From Dudresnaya verticillata (lineage: Eukaryota), in assembly GCA_977862235.1 (NCBI GenBank), contig OZ374558.1, positions 682,001 through 746,000 of the forward strand: a stretch of 64,000 nt of DNA. Direction: 5' to 3'. Below the pieces are notes generated by a model. The model searched no databases. It was not told the DNA's origin and saw only the letters and a program-made list of their open reading frames with translations. The stretch's first letter is position 1. Each line of letters begins with the position of its first letter. The position numbers and the translations under genes were made by a program. Positions 11,671 to 23,507 of this stretch are shown here, in pieces.

Positions 11671-12366
11671 TGTGGTGAAGTGAGCCGTGGCACGCATGCG
11701 GTGCACCGACGGCGAGCCAACCGTAACGGATGATGTGGCAATACGCCATGCTGATGATCTGGCAACGTGTAATCGTGTCGGTTGTGTGCGCATTACTCTG
11801 CACTGGTACGCATCGCTGTACTGTAAGTGGAGCGCACCAACCGTAGCGGAGTATTTGTGGTATTTATTCTTTATTTTTAGTGAGTATCTGTACAGTGTGT
11901 AGAGTAGTACGCCAGCCAATGAGAATTCTGCGCATGTCCGTGTCTGAGATTGGGATCAGCAGCGCCAATTCCACCATAGGACCAGACCACTAGGGTCTGG
12001 CCCCCACGGACCGGACCGCTCGGTGCTACCCTGACTTGTATACCAGGGCGGCCCCGCAGTGGCTCCTAGGGTAAACGGGCAAGCAACCCTTGAGCCTCAA
12101 TACCACTGTAGCTCTTTCCTTTAAGGTTTTTCCCAGCGCTGAGCCCGTTGCGGTCTACCACCACCACCGTTACGGAGTCCGTCCCGGCACTTGTACCACC
12201 CCCTTGTCTGTTGCTTCCGAATATCCGTTTCGGTTAGCCGCTCGCTGTTCTTCCGTCTCGGTGCGAGCTGCTCTACCACCCCGTGGAAGTATTGTCGCTC
12301 TCGTCCCGTGTAGGAAAGTCAGGCCAGCTGTCCGTCACGGAGTTCGTGGGTTTTCACTACACCACA
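11671..12366 (+). repeat. 5' LTR of element C
   Basis: TGTGGTG...CACCACA; direct repeat of 23508-24201, with 9 substitutions in the first ~165 bp. Confidence 0.95.
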
Positions 12367-12371
12367 TCTTT

Positions 12372-12390
12372 TGGTCTCCCAACCTAGAAC
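12372..12390 (+). promoter_or_regulatory. Primer-binding site of element C, TGGTCTCCCAACC(TAGAAC)
   Basis: TGG-initial motif 5 nt after the 5' LTR and absent after the 3' LTR. Confidence 0.75.
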
Positions 12391-12514
12391 ACCGTCACGG
12401 TTGGAAGAAACAGCCGTCGAAATCCGCTACGGTAGGAATTCGGCTGTATCGACAACCCGTTACGGAATATTGGATAGACAAGCAAGAACAATCGTTGTGT
12501 TCGGTTAAGGTATC

Positions 12515-15389
12515 ATGCAAAAAGAAGAACGCAAGGACCCTTCCGTTACGGAACCCAAAGCGGGTGACACTACCCCCGCTGCGCGCAGTCTGCGCAGTGA
12601 AGGAGGTGAAATCCGTTCTGGAGTGGAGAACCCAGAAGACATCCTTAAGGGTGCTGCTGGTAAAGCTCCCCGTTCCCGTGTGGAATCAGACGCCTCGAAG
12701 AAGGCAGCTCCGCAGCCCAAGCCTGAATCCTATCGGGTCCATTGGGTCCTGTCGCGGGTCCTTCCTAGGGTGCTAGAGCATCTCTGAGTGGAAGTACAAC
12801 CTGGAATGGTAAAAGAGGTGGAGATATCCCTCTCGGAAACTGTTCCGTCTTTGGTTAATTCCTATCTGGAGCAGCATCTTCCTCGGATAGTGCAAGCTTT
12901 GATCCTACAGGAAAAGGTGGCCGCCGAGCTCGAGAGCCAGATTGCTTCAGAAAAGTACGCCACCACAGACGGCGTAGGCACGGATAACCAACGAGTTACC
13001 TCGTATTTATCCCACCACGACGGAGCTGTGAGGTAAAGCTCACGTCGCATCCGATACGGAAGATGGAAGAACTCCTTGGTATTCCACGTGTGCATGATGG
13101 GTGCCCCCACGTGCATTCCGTCTGGGTAACGCGTCCGCAATCGGTGTTCCGTCGCCGCGTCGTCTTTCCACCCGTCGGCATAGCGGAACCAATACATCGA
13201 CTGGTCATACGGAGGGTCGAAGCAAATGAATTGCACTCCGACCGGCGCACCCCGGAGCTCCCGACATGGCAAGGCCTCCCGCTACGGAAGTTTTTTCTGA
13301 GCCCACCACCGTTGCGGAATGAATTCCCGGTCGAGGGAAGAACGCAGCAGCCGCAACAACCCCCCATTATGGGATTACAGCCGGGTACAGTACCCTCTGG
13401 GCCACTGCCACCGGTTCCCGTTACGGATTCTCAACATCAATACGCCCCTAGGGGACCAACACACACTCAGCCACCGTTACGGTATTCTCCTGGACACGTA
13501 GATATGCCTACGCCAGGGCGCTATCAGCAAGAGCGCTATACCGTTCCGATTTGATCACCTGGAGGCAGCGACCATCTCAGCGATGCGTCCAGCTCACCCC
13601 ATCCGAGTCGGAGGACCGGTTGAGGTCGGCATAATCGAGATGCCCGACACTCCCGCTCTGACCCGCCCCGTCGGTCGCACATGGGCGACCACACCCAGCG
13701 ACGACGCCACGAATCCGGTATGGAATGTAATGAGAAAAGCTCAGAAGATAGCCAACACCGCTCGCGGAAAAGGAGAAACAGAAGATCGCGGAAACGCGGA
13801 AAAAGGCACAACTCCTCTTCCTCTATGGATTCAGAGTCAGAGAGTTCTTCCGTAACGGATAGAGAGAACAGTCACCGGGCCAGAAAACACGGTGCCAAAT
13901 CCGGAAAGGTGAAGGTAATCCGGTCGCTACATGACAAGTTTGTCAAGGTGCTGGACTACAGCACCTACCGATTGGATAAGAGGAGTAAAACGTACGGATC
14001 TAAGTTCTCACAGAACATGAGCCATATAAGGAAGAAACGCGACGTCCAGATGTCGTCTTATACATTCGATGGGACGGACCCTATTACCGTCTTGGGATTT
14101 CTGGCCAAGTTCCGTGACGGTTGTAATATCAATGGCATCGCCGAAGGGGTTGCCGTCTGGTGCTTCCAGTTTTTCCTAAAAGGACAGACCGAAGCCCTTC
14201 TACAGGCTAGGCTTGATGGACGTACCATGGCGGTTGATGTGGAGCAGGCTGAGATGCTCCGCTCTTACTCCGAGGTGGTGAGTTTCCTAGTAGGCTGAAG
14301 CCTATAAGAATGTCAGCAATTTCAGGCAAAGATCCACCATGACGGAAGAGCAGTTCTCTAACCAACTCTGGGCAAATTCTATCCGCTGCGGTACTGTATT
14401 TTCCTATCGGGCGTTGAATTCACTGTTCGTCGAGGGGCTCTTACCTGGGACGGTCAACAGATGCTCAATTATCTTGCAACGCATTCACAGCTGAATTACC
14501 AGGCCATCACTCGCTATGCGACTGATCTAGGTCAGTCCCATCGCGCAGCTCGACGCCAAACCGTTCCGGTTCACGTGTTTGATAGGCGCACTAAAGCGCG
14601 CCCGTCTAAGGTGTTATCGCTGGATTCCGTATCGGATGTAAACTACGAGCCGCAAGGAACTCCTTCCGCTACGGATGATAAAGTGCTAGCAGTCGAGGGA
14701 GGCCACGGTGCCGCTACGGGAACAAGTACAGGGGTTACCTTTTCAACCCCGTACTCTTCACCCTCGCAAAGCGTTCAGTCTACGCCTCCCGGGATGCCAC
14801 GAGCGCAAGGTCCCCGTATGGTGGATCTCGCCCGGCTCCTTGTCCCTAACAGCAGCCGAGTCACCGTTACGGAAATAATTCCTACGATAGGCGAGGACAG
14901 CAGCAACCAGCACCGCCGCTACGGGAGGAGTCAGATCCTCGGGTCCGACGCCTTTACGGAAGTGGCAATTGTCGCATCTGTCTTTCAGCAGAACATGTCG
15001 TTTGCCCGTGGATAAACGACGCCGATCGGGTTAAACTGATGGAAGACCGTGAGCGCAACTTCCCGCGGCACTACCCGGTAGGCTGCAGGTTTGTCGTGGG
15101 AACCAGTTTGAATCCGCAAGGGAATCAGGGCAAGTCGCAAACGCCCCCTCCACAACGGAATGCCCCGATATTATCGGTGGAGGACCATGACGGAGTGGAA
15201 TACGCGGAGTTGCGCGAGCCCATGGAGGCGGATCCGACTGGTGCACCCTTGATTTCGGAAAAATCAAGGGGGACGCGTAAGGGCGCCGCAATCCCCGCCT
15301 CACGGCGTTCCACCTCTCGTGAGTGTAGACTCGCCCGGGGATCGGCGAGATACCGTTACGGAACTCCCATTGACTTTTCAGACCAATGA
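12515..15389 (+). pseudogene. gag: Gag of element C (disrupted)
   Basis: Chain of ORF fragments with the capsid-like FDGTDPITVLGFLAKF..GIAEG and a knuckle-like CRICLSAEHVVC at ~14970-15008. Interrupted by stops, frameshifts and a 305-bp insert. Confidence 0.75.
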
Positions 15390-18300
15390 TCCTATATGTG
15401 TTACTCAACAACAAAATTATAAGATTCAAATTACCGTGGGACGGACAGATAGCGTGATGCCTCCTATAATCTCCGTATTGGACTCTGGCGCAGGTCCAAA
15501 TCTCATTAGTGTCCATTAGTGTCAGGCGACTTCCCCATCAATGGCTACCCCTCATTCGCCCCGCTACCAGTCCTCCGCTACGAGATGCATCTAATGGCGC
15601 TATCCGCCCCCTTGGTCAGATCCAACTTTTCGTCCGTATCGGAGAGCTCCGTGCTCGCGTCCACTTCCTCGTGGTGGCGAACTTAGCTGCTCCGTGTATT
15701 TTGGGAACTACCTTCATCGACCGCTATGTGAAGGCCATCCTTCCCCCGTTACGGAAAGTTTTTTTCACCATTACCCCCGGTCTCCCTTGTTGGTCAAGCC
15801 AAAATTCCGAAGACGGGTGCCGCTGCAACCCTACAGCCGTCATCTTTATCCGCCGCTACGGTTTCTCAGAAAATTCGTTTAGCAAGAGCTACCCTTATTC
15901 CCCCTATGACTCAAACCTCTGTAACGGGTAATACCCCCATGGGCGGGTTATTCTTTTTACAAAATCATCCTAAGGCGGCTTTTAAGCACCTTACCTTAAT
16001 GGCTAATGGTATTACGGATGTTGTACCTAACAACCCGTTTCGGATCTGGGTCTCTAATGTTTCTAACCAGCCGGTACGGTGGCCCAAATTTACTGTCGTG
16101 GGCCTCGCTACTGCTGCCCCTTCTGCTATTTTCACCGTTGACGGTATACCTCCATTTAAGGAGGGGCGGAATTATTCAATCATTTAATTCTAACCTTACC
16201 TCCGAAAAGGCCAGCAGCATCTCCCCTCACGACAAGGAAGTAAGCAAACCCGTAACGGAAACTACAAATACTACCGACTGGAAGGATCAAGTCCAGATCG
16301 GTACAGAAGAAGCATCGCTCCGAAAACGGATTTATCCCTACTCGAGGAATACAAGTCGATGTGGAGTGGCGACCTTGGCAACATTACAGCTGCCAAGCAC
16401 CGAATCGAGTTAACTCCCGGAGCTAAGCCAATATATCAAGCCCCATACCGTGCAAGACATAAGCAGCGAGATCTCGAAAAGACAGAGATCGATCGCGTGC
16501 TTCCCGCTAAGGTAATTGAGCCAGCCTCATCGGAGTGGGCCAGTCCCGTGGTTTTCGTTGCAGAAAAGGACGGCACCATGCGGTTCTGCGTTGACTATAG
16601 AAGGCTCAATTCCGTAACGGTTAGGGACTCATACCCCTTTCCCAGGATGGATGAGTGCATAGATTCCCTTGGGGAAGCTACTGTATCTACCACTCTGGAT
16701 TGCAATAGCGGATATTGGCAAGTCGAGATTCCGAAAGAGGAAAGGGACAAGACTACCTTTACTAGCCGTTTTGGCTTATACCGTTTTTGGAGAATGCCAT
16801 TCGGATTGAAGAATGCGCCGGCAATCTTGCAACGGGGCAGTGGATATAATCCTTTCTACGGTTAAATGGCAATTTTCCCTCGTCTACCTAGACGATGTAA
16901 TTGTCTACTCAAAGACCGTTACGGAAGATTTACACCACCTGAAGGAGGTCCTTATGCTGTTACAATCCGCTGGGGTAACGCTGAAGTTGTGAAAGTGTGA
17001 CTTCTTCAACGCGTCTGTACAAAACCTGGGACATGTTATCCGTCCCGGAAAATTGGAAGCGGATAATCGGAATATCCAATTCGTTAAGGTCCCGAAGCCG
17101 CCGACTAACCAAACGGAGTTACGACCCTTCTTGGGAATGTGCAACGTGTATCGTCGTCTTGTACCCAACTTCGCTCGGATTTCAGCACCGCTGAATAAGA
17201 AAACCGGTAAGGGCTCACCCTTTGAGTTTGGTATATTATCCGATACGGAATACGAAGCCTTCGAGGAACTGAAGAGACACCTTATCTCTCCGCCTATATT
17301 GGCTCTACCCCGTCACGGAATAAATATACGTTGGACACTGATTGGGAACAACAGAATGGCGATCACCTCCCTAGTGGATACTGGAGCCGGAACCTCACCG
17401 ATGCGGAGAAAAATTATACTACAACCGAAAAGGAATGCTTAGCCGTGGTCTGGAGCATGTTGACACTCCGACCATACCTTTACGGTGACAAGTTTATTTT
17501 CCGAACGGATCACGATGCCCTGCGGTGGATCCTGAACCTCGCAGACTCATCTGGCCGCCTGGCCAGGTGGAGGCTCCGCCTATCGGAATTTGAATTTGAT
17601 GTGCAATACCGTCCAGGAATTAAGTATCAACTCTCCGATGAGATGTCGCGACTCAGAGCGGAGGGCGGTGACGATAGGCCTTCCGTCCAGGAATTAAGTA
17701 TCAACTCTCCGATGAGATGTCGCGACTCAGAGCGGAGGGCGGTGACGATAGGCCTTTGGATGAAGAGATACCTTGCTTTGTCGTCGAAAATACCGTCGAC
17801 GGATTATATGAGTATGGAGTTTATTTAACCGATTGGGCCACATCACAAGAAACCGCTACGGAAAATTGACGTAATTTGCGCCGTGGAGCCCGCCAGTGGA
17901 AGTGCATACGCCTCCCCTGACAAGCCCGGCGCAATTCCGTCACAGTTTACTGTAATCCAAGAATCCGACGTTAAGGATGAGACAGTTACCAGGGAGGAGT
18001 TCCTCGAAGTGCAAGCCCGAGACCCTTTCTGTCGCCTCAAAGTCGATACGGTAGGCTCCCCTGTATCACAATTTGACTATGACGCTAACGGATTCTTGGT
18101 ACGCAAGTCCCAATTGGATGGTGCTCTGCAGAAGGTGGTGCCAAGCGAACTCCGTGGACGGGTATTGTATTTATCCCGCTACACCCTGATGTCGGGTCAC
18201 CCAGGCGGAATTAAAATGTATTATACACTCCGTCAGGATTATTACTGTCCTCATATGGCCAACGATGTATTTGAATCCGTTCGGACATTTCGCTCCTGCG

Positions 18301-19653
18301 TTAAGACGAAGGGAACCCGCTGTCGGAATCAAAGGTTTATGAAACTTTTCCCCGCTAGCGGACCTTTGGAGTTTGTCGCTATCGACATCCTCGGACCACT
18401 TCCGAAGACAAAATGGGGTTACATATACGTTTTGGTAATAACCGATCGGTTCTCTAAGCTGACGTGCTGTATTCCGTTACGGACAACAACAGCCGTTGTG
18501 GTGGCTAACGCCTTTCTGGACTTTTGGGTGTATGCGTATGGCGCCCCCAATTTGTCCTAACCAATAACGGACCGCAGTTTACTGCTAAGTCCTTTCATGC
18601 GGTGTGTTCCTTATTCGGAGTAAGGCATCTACTCACCGCTGCCTACCATCCGCATACAAGCAAGCAAGAAAAAAGCTGAGCGATTTAGTAGGACAATCGC
18701 CCAGCGTTTGCGCCATTACGTTGAGGATCATCACTCCGATTGGGATTTGTACCTGCAACCGTTGACGTATGCGTACAACATGCAGGTACGCTGTATTACG
18801 GAAATAACGCCATTTGATTTGGTGCTGACATCCCACCCATCGGACATTGTTGTACGAGGGGCTCCGGTCGAGCATCAAGAAACAGTTACGGAAGGGTGTA
18901 TGACCCCGGTGCTACAGAAGCGGAGCATCATGCGCCGTTTACGGTATGCGCTCCAGACAGCGCGCACGAAGCAGACAGTGGCTCAGCAAAAGGCTAAGGC
19001 ACTGTTTGACCGTAAGGTGTGCTTTAGGCCCATAATACGTGGCGGAGATCAAGTATACGTCGACCGGCACCCCCCAAAACTTCCGGCCTGCAGAACGTCG
19101 TGAACGGGACCGATTGGAAGGCAAGCCGGATGATGTGGGCGAGGTGGCTCAGGAAATGAAGAAACTCCTTCCGAGAGCCACGGGGCCTTACGAAGTGGAA
19201 TCCGCAACGGAACATGTGGTTACAACCCGCAAGAAAGGGGTACTAATCCCCGTCAGTATCGATCGTATTACGAAAGTTCCGATCGGAGTCGCTGTTCAAC
19301 CGACACCTGTAGTGGTTCCGCCTGTCACACCCGAAACCGTCTCCGGAGAAGTAGGACTACCTCCAGGAGGTACTACTGCATTACCTCCTTCAGAAGGTAT
19401 TACTCCCTCCGCGACGGAACCATTGCAAGCAGATACGGAATATGTGATCGACAAGATTGTCGGTCACCGCGACGAACCCACTGGGATGACATATAAAGTC
19501 CGCTGGTATGGTTACACTCCGGATCAGGACACTTTTGAGCCCGCTGAGGAATTGCCGCAAAATTTCATCTACCGGTATTGGAAACAAAAGAAAAAGACAT
19601 CCGCTAAGGGTAAACTAAGGCAACGCGCCAATCCAACACATCGCTCACCATAA
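15390..19653 (+). pseudogene. pol: Pol of element C: protease, RT, RNase H, integrase, C-terminal chromodomain (frameshifted)
   Basis: VLDSGAGPNLIS (protease); WASPVV, RFCVDYRRLN, GYWQ, MPFGLKNAPA, YLDD at ~16885 (RT); EKECLAVVW, TDHDAL (RNase H); GHPG, DILGPLP, GPYEV (integrase); EYVIDKIVGH..YKVRWYGY..DTFEP (chromodomain). Confidence 0.95.
17609..17756 (+). repeat. Perfect 74-bp tandem duplication in pol (frameshifting)
   Basis: 17609-17682 is identical to 17683-17756. Confidence 0.95.
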
Positions 19654-19825
19654 CGGACAGCTGGAGTGCTAGTGGATGGGTACGCACAATGTTTACCGCA
19701 AGGTAAGGTCGGGGTATACTTGAAACCGTTAAGGAGATCGTCGAACTGTAACTTTAAGAATCACGGCCACGCCGCTTCGGAGCGGGGGCAACTATATCTT
19801 CCTCGTTGCCCCCCTGCCCAGTTCG

Positions 19826-22800
19826 TCAGTCGGGTTCTCCAGTCGGATCCGATTGGAATGCATGCTGCGTATTGTCGCCCAAGGCGCACATCGCATTATC
19901 CATACGCCGACGCGGACGACGGACCACTGCGCGGAGATGAATCACCTTCTCTATCAGTCCCTCCGCTAAGGTTAACGCCTCCTGAACGGATCCTGGCAAT
20001 GGGAAGCGCTGTGTATGGCAAATACCCCGTAGCACCTGTAACCCGCTTTCCGTAGCGGCTAAATGAGCCGGCACCGTGACGGTGGGATCCTCATCTTCTT
20101 GAAGCTCTACCTTCGGGGATATCGACGGCTTATCCCTAATCCCGGCTTCGATTGAATGCTCCGTTGAGGAAACCACCATTACGGGTGGCCCCGACTCGGG
20201 TGAAGGTATTTCCTTCCACGGAGGTGGATTCGTATCCTTCTCTGGAGAGGCGATATCGCTTTTCCGTAACGATTCATGACTAAAGGAGGGAGCCAAAGGC
20301 TTGTCGCCAATTGCTTCGGCACTTGGGCGTTTTGGAGCCACTTCCGGTACGGTGATCGGTGCCTCACTCACCACTGGTGTGGGAGTGAGTGCCGGCAGCG
20401 AAGCACGGGAGCGGTTCGGCGGCAGCAGGCATTTGCGTCGCAGGATACAGTGCCTCCGGCACAGTACCCGGCGCCGCTTCCGAAACGGTCTGCTCCTTCG
20501 AAGCCCCCTTCTTGGCTGGTGCCGCGGGCCTGGCTACCGCCACAGTAGGCGCAACCAAGTCTATGGGCGTCGGGGCCTTATCCGATACGGGAGTAGTAGT
20601 CTCACGACTTACATCGCGCGACGTGGGTGTAGCGATCACCGGAAGGACTAGAGTGGCTATTTTCTTAATATCCGCTGCAATAGGTGCGACGGACATGACC
20701 TCCTCCTGCTCTTCCAAGAAGGGGCCAGCTTCTTGCTGCCTCACCGTGACGGAATCGCGCTGGTAGATTGCACGCGAACGCCCCGCTGTCTCCTGACAAC
20801 TTCCCCAATCTTCGGCCCCTTCCAAAATGTCACGGTACGCATCCCTTGGTGCTTGGCGAGGCGCATAACCCCGATGGGCGTGCACCTCTACTGCCATCCA
20901 TTCCGGACGAGGATCTTCCCGATGAAGGAAACATGGCTCGCCCACTCCGTTCCTAAGCGGGGGCACCGATAGGACACGGTCCTCATCCCAATTGTACCCC
21001 AAGAAGCCCGGAGTGCGTTGCCAATCCTACTCTCCGTGTGCGGATAAAAGGCGCTCAATCCGATGGAGCGGATATGCCGACCCCGTCACCAAATCGACTA
21101 CGCCGACTTGGCGAATTAGGGCAATTACCGTCACGGGTAGTTGAAAGATGCAGCCACAGTCTCCTCCGGGTAGGTCATCTTCGTCAAGCGGGAAGCACCG
21201 CCAGTCGGGTAACTTGGTATTGTATCGTACTCCGTAGTACGCAACCTGGAGCCACGGAAACAGCACCAGCATTGCCCACTCAGATCGGAAGATGCGCCAA
21301 AGGACGTCGAGCTGATCTTGGTTCGGGGGACGCTCTCCGTTCGGATGTTCGCGATTACACTACCGCTCAGTGAGCAGGTCCGCGGAGAAGTACGCCACCA
21401 CAGAAGGCGTGGGCACGGATAGCCAACGGGTTACCTCAGAGCTTATCCCACCACGACAGAGCTGTGAGGTAGAGCTCACGTCGCATCAGACAGGGAAGGT
21501 GGAAGAACTCCTTGGAATTCCACGTGTGCAAGATGGGTGCCCCCACATTCATTCCGTCTCGGTAGCGCGTCCGCAATCGGTGTTCCGTTGCCGCGTCGTC
21601 TTTCCACCCATCGGCATAGCGGAACCAATACACCGATTGGTCATACGGTGGGTCGAAGCAGATGAACTGCACCCCGATCGGCGCACCCCGTAGACGGAAC
21701 GCCTTCGTAAACAAGCGGCTCACCTTCGGGGTATGTCCAATTTCTCCGTGGCAACGGTACCACGTCAAATACGAAACGGTCGTGGTGCGCTCTTGCTATG
21801 CACCCATCGGCTTTGCCACACAAACGCCCACCGGTTGGGAACGAAGCCAATTCGCTGTTTTTGCCTTGAATGGCTGCTCCGAAACGGCTTGGTATCGTCG
21901 CGCTTCCAACACGGTTGGGTAACCCTCGATGAAGTACGACACTGTCATCGGTGGTGTCACCTTCGCCCGTTCCGCGTCGGATCTTGTAGTATAGCTTTCA
22001 GCACACTATCAGCAGCGCCTGTAAGGTATGCTGACAGCCCCGCACTGTAATGGTGCACACGATGGCGCCCGCTGGCGAGTCGTGGTTCGGCAGCGTGCCC
22101 TTAGTTTTTTCGTTGATTTAGTAGCGGTCGACCGCATTGCTGCCGGCAGCGGCCGCGCGCTGTGCCGCACACGGCCCGCCCCAGTGACGCTCTCCGGCAT
22201 CGAGCCGTTGAGAGGGCCGCTGCCCGTTACGCCCCGCGCGCGCCCACTGGTAGCCGTTACCCGGACGTGTCGACACGTGTATGGGCGCGCGTTCGCACAC
22301 CTCCCGCGTTGGTGTTGTGGGGCGCACCTACTGTAGAGTAGTCGTAGTGCACATAGTGTAGGGTATTTAAGGCCGTCGGCCATCGACGGCTCAGTGAACC
22401 GGGCAAGCAACAGCTCGCGCTGAAGCTTGCCCCCATCCTCTTCGGGTTCGATCCCTTTGCCATACGCCAGCGGGCGGTTTCCCTTTTTCCTCTTGCCTCG
22501 CTAGGCTTTTCCTCTTTCCTTTTCCTTTCCGTCGGATTCGTGCCGCCCTTCGACAGGGACGTTGGGATCCGGCCGCGGCCTACCCGCGTACGGTACGCCC
22601 CATGCGCGCTCCGGCATCGACGCCGTCGATCCGCACCTGCGGGGCGCACGCGGCCGACACCGCTCTACCACCCACAACAGCTACCCATCGACGGGTCTGT
22701 GTGGCGGCTTCGGACCAGCGAGTATTAGACGTCGGATTGACCCGACGTCTATAATACAGATCTCACCGGGCGACCGGCACGGTGATCGAAATGGTGCCCT

Positions 22801-23372
22801 GGCCAGTATCCACTTGGGGCAGGGCCCTCACCGCTACGGGTACGCGCCATCGGCATCCAAGGGCCTGAAGCAGGCGTAATTCTCCGAACTGGCACACGCG
22901 ACCGTTTCGGAGTGCTGACCCTACATGACGGATGTGGGCTCGCACCCATGCTCCGCATCGGCGTTGAAACCGGGGTCGACGGCGTTCGTAAAGGGATGGA
23001 TGGCAGGTCCGCCAGGTTGAGCTCCTCACCACCACGTCGGATCTCATCATCACGGTTCTTGGTCGAGGCTTCTCCGTCCCGGTGGGCCGCTGACTTTTCC
23101 GGTAGCGCGGTCCTGGTGTCTGCACGCGCAGCAAACCGATTCGGGTCGTATACAGACCAGCCGCGGCCCGATGATGGTGCCTGCGACGGTTCCGATGCGG
23201 TAACGTCCGCACGCGTCGTGAGTGGTGCCACAACCGCAGAGGAAGATGCCTGCACTTGAGTCGAAGAATCCGTAGCGGTAGGCGCGCCCGGCGCGCTCGT
23301 CGTCGAGCTCGCGCGGGTACGCCGCATCGGTTGAAAGGGGGAGGGGGAGCGCTGGCTCTTCTCCCCTGCCAT
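19826..23372 (-). pseudogene. Antisense accessory ORF of element C (~900 codons after removing the solo LTR), function unknown
   Basis: Minus-strand ORF pieces 22749..23492 (ATG at 23372), 21436..21768, 21027..21272, 20364..21002 and 19826..20374 tile the integrase-PPT interval. Excising 21985-22763 rejoins the frame (GRPVRS|DAERAKV...YLTWYRCH) with one internal TAG. Confidence 0.7.
21985..22758 (+). mobile_element. Solo LTR (family D) inserted in the antisense ORF, TSD GATCT
   Basis: TGTAGTATAG...CTATAATACA termini. GATCT at 21980-21984 and 22759-22763. Homologous (inverted) to 7175-7971. Confidence 0.92.
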
Positions 23373-23494
23373 ATTGGAAGAAGGCGGACGAAGGAGAAGG
23401 AAAAGTTGAGAACGGTAACCATATCGGTTGAATGTGTGGGTGTGGAAGCGATAGAAATCCGTGACGGTGGGCGCCCGAGGACGTGGCGCCATTT

Positions 23495-23505
23495 AAGGAG
23501 GGGGG
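23495..23505 (+). promoter_or_regulatory. Polypurine tract of element C
   Basis: AAGGAGGGGGG, 2 nt before the TG of the 3' LTR. Confidence 0.9.
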
Positions 23506-23507
23506 TC

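Noticed and set aside
11300..12366. 5' LTR of element C starting at the TG at 11300
   Set aside because: Homology to the 3' LTR and the GCGGA TSD both place the start at 11671. 11300-11670 belongs to the host solo LTR.
12372..12390. Resemblance of the PBS complement (CTAGGTTGGGAGACC) to the 5S rRNA internal control region, as in Cassandra elements
   Set aside because: Only about 15 nt with no flanking 5S similarity. The TGG start and position fit an ordinary tRNA PBS better.
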